Shown here: one piece after another, positions 43,441 through 56,853 of the stretch
Position numbering within the stretch: the first letter of the stretch is position 1
Layout of the letters: every line of letters begins with the position of its first letter
DNA from: Octopus vulgaris
Taxonomy: Eukaryota
DNA: 64,000 bases
NCBI GenBank assembly: GCA_951406725.2
Contig: OX597814.1
Coordinates: 136,152,001 to 136,216,000, forward strand
Direction of reading: 5' to 3'
Made by a program: the position numbers and the translations under genes
The notes under the pieces: model-generated
Told to the model about the DNA's origin: nothing
The model's input: only the letters and a program-made list of their open reading frames with translations
Databases searched by the model: none

Positions 43441-43645
43441 AGGCGGCGAGCTGGCAGAAGCGTTAGCACGCTGGGCAAAATGCCTAGTGGCATTTTGTCC
43501 CTTAGTCACTGAGTTCCAATGCTACCGGAGTCAACTTTTCCTTTCGGGATCAATAAAAGAAGTACCAATTGAGCATTGGGGTCGATATAATCAACTTAAC
43601 CTCTTCCCCGAACTTGTTGTTCTTGTGCCTAAATTTGAAACCAAT
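43441..43645 (+). mobile_element. SINE family B
   Basis: AGGCGGCGAGCTGGCAGAAGCGTTAGC head; AACTCTGGA on both flanks. Confidence 0.85.
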
Positions 43646-44075
43646 ATATAACTCTGGATTTACGACTTTCGTTGTGAAATAACTGAATGCTATTTGGGCT
43701 GTATAGTAGTAATTTTCTCAATGTATTTAGCTAGATTAGTAGGTGTCATTTTATGACTGGATGTTTATATACCTTGCTTAATGTACATTGTTTTTATCAT
43801 CGGGTCGTCAGTAGACAAATTTCCTTTGGGAATAAATAAATAGTATTTCCTAAGTGAAACTTTTGCCTTAAAAAAAATTAAAGTAAATTGTGATAGAAAA
43901 CGGAAGAGAAAATCATTTCGCTCTGCGGGTAGTCTTTTAGCCGCATGTACATTAGTTAAATATATAAAGGCAAGTCAATGGCGAACGACGAATTCAAACA
44001 CGAAAACAGAAAAAAAGAAAAAGAAAAAAAAAAACGTACGTTCACAATGAATATACTCGAAGAAAGTTATAAAGT

Positions 44076-44149
<74 letters not shown>

Positions 44150-44151
44150 TG

Positions 44152-44468
44152 AAGGCGCATGGCTCAGTGGTTAGAACGTCAGGCTCACAATCATGAGGCT
44201 GTGAGTTCGATTAACAGGCTGTGTGTTGTGTTCTTGAGCCGGATAATTTATTTCACGTGACTCCAGTTCACTCTGCTATATAAATGAGTTATAATGTCAC
44301 TGGTGCCAAGCTGTATCAGCCTTTGCCTTTCCCTTGAATAACATTAGTGATGTGGAGAGCGGCGGCTGGTATGCATGCCCAACTACTGGTCTTCCATAAA
44401 CAACCTTGCCCGGACTTGTGCCTCGGAGGGAAACTTTCTAGGTGCAATCTCATGGTCATTCATGACCT
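44152..44468 (+). mobile_element. tRNA-derived SINE, family C, full length
   Basis: A box TGGCTCAGTGG, B box GAGTTCGATT, CORE-like TGTGTTCTTGAGC. Confidence 0.8.
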
Positions 44469-44656
44469 TACCTTATCCGCGAGTCGTCTAAGAGATCTCT
44501 TAGATGACTCACAAATCTCCTAGACGACTCACACACGCACACGCTGCCACTAGACGTAGAGTATATTGTGCCTCTGCGGCACGTGCCATATAGCTACGCT
44601 CACCAGCGTTGCGCTCTACATAGTCATCAAATATTATATTATACACCCTTTACAAA

Positions 44657-45235
44657 TGGATTTGAAATATTACGACTTGGGATATTCAACAAAGAATATC
44701 CCAACACCCCCGAACTCTATACAAGGCTGCTGCTGCTGGAGAAAATAATCGAATTGATCAGGCGCCTGAGATGGAAGGCTTCTTCCTTTAATCAATCCAA
44801 ATTACCTGCGGAAACCGAACATTTTGAGCTTAAATCCAGGAAGTTTCCACCTAAGATCAAGGAAATGGAGGCCTTCGAAGTTGATCTGTTGAACATATTA
44901 CACCGCCTGAAATTCTATAAGTCCGCAAACCCTTTCCAACGTAAACTTAGAAAAGACACCCGCAGCTTAAATCTTCTGATAGGACCATTCCCTTCTCTGA
45001 TAAAACAAAAAAAAAAAATGATATAGAGTAAGTAGTAACACATACGCACAGCTTCTTAACAACATTACACAGCCGTACAGGAGGGCTACCCCCAGGCGTA
45101 CGATAGTATTGACCAAAAGGCCAGAGATATAGCTTTTAAAATAGGCATAGGAGATAAAATATAGACCCTGGCGAAAAAGGAGGCCTTCATAACAATCGAG
45201 GATCATAAACCTAACTTCGCCTCAAACCCTAACTA
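44657..45235 (+). mobile_element. Penelope-like element, N-terminal ORF remnant with frameshifts
   Basis: MDLKYYDLGYSTKNIPTP / LLEKIIELIRRLRWKA...KSRKFPPKIKEMEAFEVDLL...NPFQRKL / LLNNITQPY / AFITIEDHKPNFASNP follows the invertebrate PLE pattern YSxKNIP...RMRWKA...AFITLKDHKxNF. Confidence 0.75.
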
Positions 45236-45297
45236 CAAGCACTACACATGTCACACACCACATCTCCACAAAAGCACCATACTTAATAATGCTTTAG

Positions 45298-45383
<86 letters not shown>

Positions 45384-45959
45384 AGGTCTTGATCCCTATT
45401 GATCTTTTTTCTCTCTCTCTCTTTTTACGATCCCTTTTGATCGAAAACCTACTCCCCTTTTAATTTTTTCTTTTTCTTTTCTTTTTTTTCTCCCCCAAAA
45501 GAAAAGCTCTACTTTGTAATTTGTTCCCTCTATGTTCAGTTCTGTGGCTAATAAAGAAACACATCTATAGGTCTTTAATTTGTTTTAGCCAAGGGGCATG
45601 TTGAAACACCCTGCAACTCAGTGATCGTTAATACTCTTTAATTTGAAGAGAGCTCGCAAAGAGGTAGCTTTGTTTCCTTGAATCAATGAGATGTACATAA
45701 TCTGCTACATTCACAGCCAATGAGTTTTGAGTATTGCAGTACGTTATTACGATCTTGGGTTCTTGAAAGATGTGTACGACTGGCGAGAGTTCTTGAAGTC
45801 GTTGGTGTAAATATGGTTCGACATGTGCGTCAGTTAGTCAAAGCGAAGAGAAGGAAGAGTACAGGCTAACTGAATAATAAATATATAGACTTTTTCGATT
45901 CTGGAAAAAATTCATTCACACTCATGTCCACTCTGGAGTGATTGGGATAAATAGTAGTA

Positions 45960-46395
45960 AGGACCCGTCAAAGCTGGGACGCCGCTTTGACGGGTTCAGC
46001 CGAACAAATCAACCCTAGTACTTATTTTCTAAGTCTGGCACTTATTTCATCGGTCTCATTTGCCGAACCCTAAGTTACAGGGACGACGTAAAGAAACCAA
46101 GCCCGGATGTCATGCGGTAGCGGGGGACAAATACAACACACACACATATATATACGCAACCGCATGCACACATACACACTCAGACACGCACATTCGTACA
46201 CACACATGCACATACACACTACGCACACATCACACACGCACATACACTCACACGCATACACACCCACACACGACGGGATTATTTTTCTTTCGCCCAACAA
46301 ATCCACCCACACAAGACTTTTATCGATTCAGGGGTATAGTAGAAGACATTCGTTCAAGGTACCACACACGGAACTGAACCCAAAACTACATGGTC
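45960..46395 (-). mobile_element. SINE family A, degenerate
   Basis: TTTGCCGAACCCTAAGTTAC...AAATCCACCCACACAAG...TATAGTAGAAGACA...GGAACTGAACCC. Confidence 0.75.
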
Positions 46396-46500
46396 GGGGT
46401 CTCTGTGGAGGTGGTCGTGAAATACAAAATAACTCTTAGTACATAATAAGGTAGTTCCACCCCTTTCTGTTTTAACCATTCTCAATATTTCATATTAATA

Positions 46501-46692
46501 AGGCGGCGAGTTGGCAGAATCGTTAGCAGCATTTCGTCCGTCTTTACTTTCTGAGTTCAAATTTCACTGGGGTCGACTTTGCCTTTCGTCCTTCCGAGGT
46601 CGATAAACTAAGTATCAGTTGAGTACTAGGGTCGCTGTAATCCATTTACCCTCTTCACCCAAATTACTGGCCTTGTGTCAGAATTTGAAATT
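46501..46692 (+). mobile_element. SINE family B with 15-bp TSD
   Basis: AATAT(T/C)TCATATTAA at 46484-46498 and 46693-46707. Confidence 0.88.
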
Positions 46693-47195
46693 AATATCTC
46701 ATATTAAGAACCAGTAGTTTGCAACCTGCTCAATTCAAAAAGGGATTCACTGTAGTTAAATGTAGGCGAGTAGGTAAAAGAATACATATTCTTGCTAGGA
46801 ATTCAAAGATCAAATCTTTGGCAATGCTAAGTATATAATATATATATAAGATGAAGCTTCAAGAGAGAAGCTGCAAAATTCATCCTTATACAAAGATGTT
46901 TTATTAGACGGAACAGAAAACAAAACAAAAAAACCCTGATTACTGTAGGGGATCGAAACTGAACCGTAGAACTGGTTAAAGAACTGACTACTGTGCCTAC
47001 GACCGAGCTCTGGAAAGATTACAGTGTAATGGCGGAGAAGGGCAGGATGAGAAGTCATGATTTCTTTTTTATATCAACACTGTGGCAATACTAAATGCTG
47101 GGTGATTGGAGTCGCCATGAGGATGGCTTAAAAGAAGGCACATCCATGATTTCTTCCAAACATAACTAGACCACGAAGTGTGCAAATGAGAAACA

Positions 47196-47226
<31 letters not shown>

Positions 47227-47831
47227 CTTCTTCTTCTTCTTCTTCTTCTTCTTCTTCTTCTTCTTCTTCTTCTTCTATTTGTTCATGTCACAAATATGAA
47301 GATAAGGTAAAGTAAAAAGTAACAACCATTAAAGGCTAGCGTGTTTGAAATTTATTTCCGATCCTTCAATCCGGATTTGTCTTCTGTTTTTTTTTTTACA
47401 TATACTTCCACACACATTGTGGCAGCAAATTTCAAAAGATTGTGTTAGATGATAAATAATGTAGAAGATTTCAAATAATAATGAACGTTGCATAATATAA
47501 AAGGTTGCTTAGTTGTTACCCGATAGCAAACATCCTTGTTAGTTATTTTATTGCACTTTCGTAGAAACAGTTAAAAAAAAACAAAACAACAAAATCCACT
47601 TTAGAAGAATTTTTGTTTAGAATAATGAAGAACAAACTTTTAATACATGAAAGCATCAAGTTAAACTTTTACCATCTGCCCCCCCAACTTACTGCCCTGC
47701 TATTTATGTTAATAACTATTTGAAGAAAATGATGTTAATTTTTTTTTTCCCGCCTAGTAGTAAGACACAAATTTACGAGCCTTGAGCTAGGAACTCGAAC
47801 ATTTTAAGACATCGCTGACAAATTGTCTATA

Positions 47832-47866
<35 letters not shown>

Positions 47867-47867
47867 A

Positions 47868-48256
47868 AGGCGGCGAGCTGGCAGGATCGTTAGTACGCCA
47901 GGCGAAATGCTTGGCGGTATTTTGTCTGCCGAGGTCGACTTTGCCTTTCATCCTTTCGGGGTCGATTAAATAAGTACCAGTTACGCACTAGGGTCGATAT
48001 AATCGACTTAATCCGTTTGTCTGTCCTTGTTTGTTCTCTCTGTGTTTAGCCCCTTGTGGGTAGTAAAGAAATAGGTATTTCGTCTGCCACTACGTCCTGA
48101 GTTCAAATTCCGCGGAGGTCGATTTGCCTTTCATCCTTCCGGGGTCGATTAAAGAAGTACCAGTTATGCACTGGGTCGATGTAGTCGACTTAAACCCTTT
48201 GTTTGTCCATGTTTGCCCCCTTTATGTTTAGCCCCTTGTGGGTAATAAAGAAATAA
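47868..48256 (+). mobile_element. SINE family B, head-to-tail dimer in (ATT)n
   Basis: The body repeats after AAAGAAATAGGTATTTCGTCTGCC. Confidence 0.88.
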
Positions 48257-49022
48257 ATTATTATTATTTTTTTTTCAGTTACCATGGGATCTACGATGAC
48301 TTTTAAAGCCAGGAAGTGAATTGCATCATTTCTTTTTTGCAGATGCGGGATTTATTTATTCATTTGTTGCAATTGGGTGCTCATTCTGTACAGCACCTAG
48401 ATTGCATACTCTCGTGCGCCTCGTGAGTCCACATCTGCCACACAGAGATTGCATATCAGATTAGCTGTTAGAAATGGGTTGGGTTCAACTCGAGGCTTTT
48501 CAATGTGTTTGCGTAGGTGACTTCTGAGGCCAGTTCTAGAGGGGCAAACTCGTCTTCATTCATCACACTCAAAACGTACACTCACTCACTCACTCACTCA
48601 CTCACTCACTCACTCACTTACTCACTCACTCACTCATTCACTCACTCACTCACTCACTCACTCACTCACTTACTCACTCACAAACACATACACTCATATG
48701 CATACACACATGCACACATATACATACATGCACACAAATACACATACACACATACATATACATACACACACATACATACACATACATACACACACATACA
48801 TACGTACAAGCATGCATATATACATACATACACACATACACACATACACACATACATATACATAGACACATGCACACATATACATACATGCATACATATA
48901 CATACATGCACACATATACACATACATACATACATACATGCACACAAATACACACACATTCATACATACATACATACATACATACACACACATACATACA
49001 TAATACATACATACATACATAG

Positions 49023-49809
49023 ATGAGACATGACGTTGTAGCTAGGACACTATATAAAGAAATCCGTCGGAAGGATTACTCCGAGGACAAAGAAATAAGA
49101 ATCCGCAGTATGGCAGAAGTCATAGTTACTCTTAATAAATAGGAATACTGGTGGAATGTCCCAGTGAAAACCTCAATAAAATGTAAACACAACAGACCCG
49201 ATATAATGATTTGGGTTAGAGAAGAGAAACTGCGTACAGTTGTGAAAATCAACCGCTCAGCGGATGTTAACAAAGCTGAAGATCAGTGAAAAAGAAAATA
49301 CTTATGCTGAATTATTGAAAAAATTTGCAGTTACTCTATCTAGATAGCAAGTTCAGGTTTATACCTGTAATTATTGGGGCACTGGGATATGTAACACACT
49401 GCCTAAATACCAATCTTGAGAAATTAGACTTCTCAAAACCAGAAAAGAGAAAGCTGATTCGAAGACTACAGATCCAAGCAATCACTGGAATTATAAAAAT
49501 CTGTAAAACTTTCGAGAAGTTTATCATTTAAGTATATATGAGCATATCTAGATATGCCACTATATGAATGAGAATACATACATTAAACAAAACATACAAA
49601 TCTGCACGTATACATACACACATACATACATACATACATACATACATACATACATACATACATACATACATACATGCATGCATACATGCATACATATATA
49701 CAAAAATACACTGTTGATATTGAAATTCCAATGAAGGAGTCTTGGATCTAGGTTAGAAACCGGATCTTTCTCTATTGGCAAGAAATCTTTAAATAAAACT
49801 GAATAATGA
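49023..49809 (+). mobile_element. R4/Dong-like (REL endonuclease) LINE, 5'-truncated copy 1
   Basis: MRHDVVARTLY...EYWWNVPVKTSIKCKHNRPDIMIW...EKENTYAEL...IPVIIGALG...KICKTFEKFII* is an RHD + PD..D/ExK restriction-like endonuclease; flanked by (CATA)n. Confidence 0.85.
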
Positions 49810-50039
49810 CATACATACATGCATACATACATAGTACATACATACAAACATACATACATACATACATACATACATACATACATACATACATACATACATA
49901 CAAGCATAATACATACATACATACATACATACATACATACATACATACATACATACATACATACATACGTACATACGTACGTACATACAATCATACATAC
50001 GTACATACATACGTACGTACATACATACATACATACATA

Positions 50040-52228
50040 GGGCACTGGGAAATGTAACACACTGCCTGAATACCAGTCTTGAGAAATTAGGCATCTCAAA
50101 CCCAGAAAGGAGAAAACTGATTCGAAGATTGTAGATCTAAGCCATCACTGGAACTGTAAAACTCTGTAAAACTTTCCAGAAGTTTATAACTTAAATATAT
50201 ATGAACATGTCTAGATATGCAAGTATATGCACGAGAAGATATACATGAAACAAAACATACAAATCTGAACGTATACATACATACATACATACATACATAC
50301 ATACATACATACATACATACATACATACATTCATACATACATACATACATACATGCATACATACAAGCATACATACATACATACATACATACATACATAC
50401 ATACACACATACATACATACATAAGAAAACATCAACAACGTACACCGCCATACCGGATGGTTAATTATAACTATAAAATGTAAGGAGAAAAATGAGTTTA
50501 CACCTCATTAACTCTACCTTAGGCAAAAATGAACGAAACTTTATTGTAACTCTTGACACCAAGCTCTTGAGGGAAGGTTAATCACTTTAAAACATGAACT
50601 CAGAACGATATGTGAGAAACTTCGCTATCGCATGCGAATTTTTGCACGAGCCAGCATCAATCACAAGTTTGCTTTCGACTCACAAGCATTATACAAAGAG
50701 ATGAGGAAGGAAAACATTTCCATTAAGAAAGCTCCCCCGCCCCAACACACAAGAAGGTCCTCAATCATTCTGGTCAAAATTTTGGAACGAAAAGAGGGAT
50801 TTCAACCTGAATGCATCATGGTTAAATACAATTGAGAGAGAGAATAATATACAAACACTAACAGTAGTTCATACAAAATTGATGCAGAAGCATTCGCTAT
50901 AGCAGAAGGCAAACTGCAGAATGGGAAGGCACCTGGAAGGGACCTAATAGTTGGGTAGTGGTACAAGAAGCTCACATTTTATAGAAACCAATTGATATGT
51001 ATGTTCAAAAGGAACATACAACAGCAGCAAAAATAAATATATAAATGCAGTGCTGAAAAATGAAGTGAGCAACATTGTATGAGTTGGTAGTGAGCTCCTC
51101 AAAAAGCACTCTCTTCTTGATGATCTATACAGCTCCAAAACAGGTGGGCTGCCTTACCTCAGAGAAGACCTGGATGGAAAGAACTCAGCATACAAAAGAA
51201 AAAGACTATACATAGGTATGTTGCCCGGAAACTCGAAGAAGACAGTAGAATTGACACGAAACGCAGCCTCACTTGGACTCAAGACCACTACATCACATCA
51301 CATTTGAAGGCTATGCGTTTGCAATCCCGGAATAGGAAATTGCCACAAAGAACCTGGTGAACCAGAGAGACAGTGACGCTTTTGTAATCCCAAGGTGCAA
51401 TCGCATGTGTAGGCTTTGTCATGTTTCCGTGGGAGACATCACGCATGTGATTAACAGCTATCTTAAAATGTCGTCACGGTACTACCTCCCTATGCGACAC
51501 GGTGTTGTTGCTAAAATAATTTACAATGTCATCCGCAAAAAGACTGTCCTGAAATAAACTTAGAAAATCCTTCTGTTAGGGAATACATTCATAAACTCCA
51601 ACTCAAAGAATACTGGTGGAATATTTCCATCAAAACTTCTGTCAAATGTAAACATAGCAAGCCGGATATTGTTGTTTGGTACAGAGGGGCAAAGGTATGT
51701 ACCATCATAGAGGTCAGCTGCCCCGCAGATATAAATATCTCTTTGAAAATCAAAGAAAAATAGAATATCTTTAGACAACTACTTCGAAACCTCCAGCTTT
51801 AATATCCAGACTATGAATTCATATTTATACCAATAATAATTGGAGCACTAGGTTTTGTTAGTAAATGCTTAAAGGAGAATCTGGATGAACTGGGATTTTC
51901 AGAAAGAGAAATCGATCGGCCAGTAGGTGCATTAGAAGTGCAATCTGTGAGCGAAATAGTAAAAATATGCAAGACTTTTCTCAAGTTCCAAATGTGAATT
52001 TGTCTGTGTTAACTACATCTCAAAGATGGAGCCTTGTATCTTTGTTGGAAACCGGCTCCTTCCTCGGTGGAAGATTTATAATAATTGAAAATAGAAGAGA
52101 CATACATACATACATACAAAAATATCCTGTTGATGCTGTTGAAATTCCAATGAAGGAACTTTGGATGTAGGTTAGAAACCGGCTCTTTCTCTTTTGTCTT
52201 GAAATCTTGAAATAAAACTGAATAATGA
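50040..52228 (+). mobile_element. R4/Dong-like LINE copy 2 (50040-50420 + 52100-52228), split by copy 3
   Basis: Both pieces align colinearly with copy 1 on either side of the 3'UTR (CATA)n tract. Confidence 0.8.
50424..52099 (+). mobile_element. R4/Dong-like LINE copy 3 (different subfamily, RT core deleted)
   Basis: KLQNGKAPGRDLIVG*WYKKL (RT N-terminus), CRLCHVSVGDITHVINS (CCHC knuckle), RHGVVAK, EYWWNI...KPDI, IPIIIGALG; has its own distinct 3'UTR. Confidence 0.85.
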
Positions 52229-52344
52229 TATACATACATGGATGTTAAAATCTTCTACCATGGTCAATATCTACAGATATTAGTCAAAGCTATAAGTAAT
52301 AAACATATGTATTTTTTTATATATATAAAGTATCTTTTATGTTT

Positions 52345-52542
52345 TATTTGCTTCAATCATTAGACTATGTCTATGCTGAGGCACCGCATCGAAGAATTTG
52401 TTTTTAGTCGAATGAATCGACCTCAGTACTTTTTTTGTTAAACGTGGTACTTATTCTATCGGTCTCTTTGCTGAACATTTAAGTTATGGAAACGTAAACA
52501 CATCAACAGTAGTTGTCAAGCAGTTGGAGAGAAACATAGACA

Positions 52543-52592
<50 letters not shown>

Positions 52593-52756
52593 TATACAGG
52601 ATGAGCGTCTTTCAATTTCCGTCTACCAAATCCAATCACAAGGCTTTAGTCGGACCGAGCCTATAGTAGAAGACACTAGCTCAAGGTGCCATGCAGTGAG
52701 ACTGAACCGGGAACCATGTGGTTGAGAAGCAAGCTTCTTACCACCCAGCTACACCT
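52345..52756 (-). mobile_element. SINE family A, full length
   Basis: Complete tail-microsatellite-core-head in reverse. Confidence 0.88.
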
Positions 52757-53119
52757 ATATATTCATGTACAGGAAAAGAGAAATATATGAAGAGGTTTTT
52801 GCGTCTGTCTGTGAGATGCTAGCAATTTTTTCGTGTTTGAAGTTCACGAAGAATAGCGGCATGTCCTAAAGAATCCGTATAAACCGATCCTTCAACAAGT
52901 TCTGGTGGTCTTCCTACTTGGACTAGAGTAGTTTTAAAGTGAAGGTCAGTCCGCACAATCCGATGCCACTCTTTAGACTTGGAGCTCTGACTATAGTGGC
53001 TCAGCGAGCTAAGTTGGCTGCGGTAAGCAGCAAGCTGTAGGTTTTACATCGGAGTGGTCTTTTCCTAGATGAATTGCCTTGTAGAATTGAAGAGGTTCAC
53101 CAGCCTTGGATTTGCCGCC

Positions 53120-53253
53120 GAAGTGCTACTACTCTGGGTCAGAGAAGACCTGGGAACGATAGAGGCTAAGAGGTGGTTCTACTTTTCTCAAAGCCTTGAA
53201 ACTCCCGAACAAGGGCCTCACTACCAGATGCAGTCTAAAGTCATACCCAGGAC
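53120..53253 (+). mobile_element. Retroposon 3'-end remnant
   Basis: TCAGAGAAGACCTGGGA...CCTCACTACCAGATGCAGTCTAAAGTCATACCCAGGAC resembles a widespread invertebrate SINE/RTE tail. Confidence 0.5.
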
Positions 53254-53957
53254 TTATCCGTTATATTAATGCAGTGTTGACAAAAATCCATAAATATGCA
53301 ATGTATGAAATAAAGCATTGTTGATGTACTAATAATTTAAATAGTCAATACATAAATTATAACGAAAGAGCTAGCAATTTGCTCTTCGTCTATTGGTAGG
53401 AAATTGTAAAAATAAAACCAGAAGAACGCGCTTGCATGCAAGTACAACTCACAGCAAGAACACGCTTGCGTGCAAGCATACCTATATGCATGCATACATA
53501 CATACATACATACATACATACATACATACATACATACATACATACATGCATACATACATACATACATAGATACATACATACATAACACAAATACACACAT
53601 ACATGCATGCATATATTCATTCATGCATACTTACATATATATATGTATGCATACATTCAAACATACGTACATGCATATATTCATGCATTCATTTATCCAT
53701 GCATACTCCCATATATACATATACACATACATACCATGCATAAAACCATAATATATACATGGGTGTATACATACACACACATATACATACATACATACAT
53801 ACATACATACATACATACACATACACATACATACATAATACATTCATTTTACATACAAATATCCATCCATCGACCTATCACTCCATCCATCAATCAATCA
53901 ATACATACATACATACATACATACATACATACATACATACATACATACATACGTACG

Positions 53958-56150
53958 TACCTCGACCTAACAAAAACCTTAAGAAGACTGAAATGAAACT
54001 ACAGCTACTACACAGAAACGCGGAAGCATGTTTATAAAGAAATAAAAATGAATGAACAATACAAACAACCCAAAGGCACAACTCACAGCAAGATTTAAGA
54101 AGAACTCTTACATCGACAAATTACAACATGAAAGAATGATTATGGCAGTAATCGATAGAAAACATATTCACTTAATGTTAACCGTGATCGATCAAGTTGC
54201 TAAAGAACGAACACCTTGCATAAACTGCAGCTCCTAGAGTCTTTTTTTTTTTTTTTTGGACATTGAATATCGCATTGTTATATGTTGTAGTTACCATCCA
54301 CTAACAAATAGGAGTCACAGGGATCGATCGAAATAAGAACACGCAACGAAAATATATACTGTTTCTTCTCTAAAAATCATCGATAGACACAGAAAAGAAT
54401 ATCGGCCAATCGAATACTATCATCAGATGTAAAATGAATAATGAATTCACGAACCACAAGCTGCTGCGACGTTTTGATTTGCTTTCTAAAATCCACGAGA
54501 AATGCCGACAAAGGAAAGTAACGGAAGCTAACTAAATGCCCTTAAGACGAAGTATGTGTTGTATGTCGAAAGCTTTGTCATCGTTAGAAATTGCAAGATC
54601 GCAGGACTGTCAATCGCAAGTTTGCATAAAACCTACAAAGAGTACGTCGAAATATCAAAAGTCATACTATCAAGATTATAAATACCCCGCCTCAGAACGA
54701 TGTTGAATTATTCTTGCAGAGGGAATCTGGAATGTAAATAAATTGTACAACCGAGATGTTATAAGGTTAAATGGGCTAATGAGTGAGTATTATGAAAATA
54801 TCTTCCCTAAAACCTATGCCATGACCAGCGAAACTCTCCTTACAGTTGTTTCGAAATATCAATGGAAAATTAAAATTACCTGAAAGAGATCTGGTAGTTG
54901 GTTTATTAGCGTAAGATCACATTCTGCAGGGAAGCTGTCGTTAATATGCCACAGAAAGATATAAAAAAAACACTCAAATGGTTTCAGAACTCGATATGCC
55001 AAACTGATTGAGAGTTGCACAGACAACATTCCTACCTAAGAGTCAGGAGGCATACTTGGATAAAAATAAAGGCCTGCAGCATGCTTATATGTTGTATATA
55101 AACTCTACACAGTTTACTCGAGTGGGTTTCTTCAAGATCAATGCTAAATAAACAACATGATGACTGATGAGTAAGTAGGAAGAAAGACTGTTGTCTGATG
55201 TAATGCTGAATAGCTCCCCATCAAAACAAAAGAGCTTCCTTATGGGAAAGAAACAGCTTCTCGAAGTATTCTAACTATATGACTCCACCATAAGGTTTTC
55301 CACACTGTCCCTCGCTCATGAATTCTAGACCCACAACACTTTGCTGAGGTTCCATTTGCTACAGTCAAGGCCATTAAAATCCTAACAACAAACATGGTAC
55401 ACACATCAATGAAAATTGAAGCTATTGCCATAGTCACAAACAGAATTAATTTATCGACAAGATTATCCATTGTTACAATTTGTTAGTAATGTTGTTTCTC
55501 TTACCAGTGAACTCCTTGTTAATCTTGCTGAGAAAATGCAAAGGCTGCATGTTAAGATATTAATGTCCCCGATACCTTGTCGATGACATTATACCAATGC
55601 TTCTCAACCATTTTAATCTTGTGGACCCCTTTGATTCCCATTTTACTCAAATGGACCCTCATAGACATTTGGTGTTTGAAAAAAAATCACATATTTTTAT
55701 AATTAAATATTATTGGGTATTGTATAAATAGTTAAAACATTTTGTGTATCGTAGAAGTATAACCAACTTATTTCTGATAAATTTTGACTGCAAAATCTTA
55801 TATGGACCTCCAAAGGCCATATTGATCCCCAGCTGAGAACCACTGCATTAAAGCAATACTGACGTCATCAAGAAGGAATTAGAGCTTATCACAATTTCCT
55901 CGGGGATATATCAGTAGAGGGTTCATATTTTGTAGTCAATAAGGGGAACATTGTCGGCCTGTCTATATACGGTTTCCAGTGATGAATGTCTCGGAATGGA
56001 CGAACATATTGCATATGTTGCTGCTGTGAATAATGATTGATGGATAAAGGAATATTTCAGCAGGCTTTGGAAGTTATGAGTAGAGATGTTCGTTTTCAAT
56101 AAGATCATATCCCATAGCTATTTCAGGAATTCCCTATTTGAGGTTTCCTG
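53958..56150 (+). mobile_element. R4/Dong-like LINE copy 4, old, RT region heavily degraded
   Basis: Starts after (CATA)n. Fragments PPQNDVELF..GIW, P.RDLVVG, FHTVPRS*IL (FDSVPHxWI), LVDD (55576-55587), LGMDEHI, KEYFSR and FNKII occur in the expected order. Confidence 0.65.
55595..55845. mobile_element. hAT MITE
   Basis: TIRs CAATGCTTCTCAACC / GCTGAGAACCACTG; 8-bp TSD CATTATAC / CATTAAAG. Confidence 0.8.
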
Positions 56151-56804
56151 AGTGAACATATGCATACAACCACATATACTTATGAAATATATATACAATA
56201 CGCACACACTTAAAAAAACAGTAATGAAATATACACACGCATGTTCTGTCGTGATACGCCCTTCCAAAAGTGCAAGTTTATCAACGCGCACACACATGCA
56301 CACAACATGCACACACATGCATACATCAGCCAATTTAGGTAATCCGAAACGTCAAGACTGAAATCAAGTCTTGACTTAATCAAAAGAACCTCGCCACTTT
56401 GTTAGTGACCGACTTGAATTCTGCAAAGAAAAAGTAGTTAAAGTGCATCCCATAGAAAACATAGACTCATAGCTTGTTAATGTTGTCATAGTTTGTTAAT
56501 GTTGTGATATAAACAGCTTGTCTTCAGACACACAAACAACAACAACAACAACAAAAAAACAAAACAAAAACGTTATGCTTGAAGACAAGGTGTTTTCGTT
56601 TGTCTGTAACATAACGTTCGTTAAAATGAATAAATATTCTGTGAAACAAAACACCATTAACGCACCAATAACTTACAAGATGTTATCTAAATTCCAATGA
56701 AGTATCTTTATTTCTGAGTTAGAAACTTCTTTTCTCTGTTGGTGACAAATCTGAAAAATAAAACCAGAACATACATACATACATACATACATACATACAT
56801 ACAT

Positions 56805-56841
<37 letters not shown>

Positions 56842-56853
56842 GATATATATATA

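Noticed and set aside
44152-44230. tRNA genes at SINE heads
   Set aside because: A and B boxes are present but there is no complete cloverleaf, and each continues into a SINE body.
49730-49775. SECIS element in the LINE 3'UTR (ATGA + stem-loop)
   Set aside because: There is no 3' GA for the non-Watson-Crick quartet and no conserved in-frame TGA.
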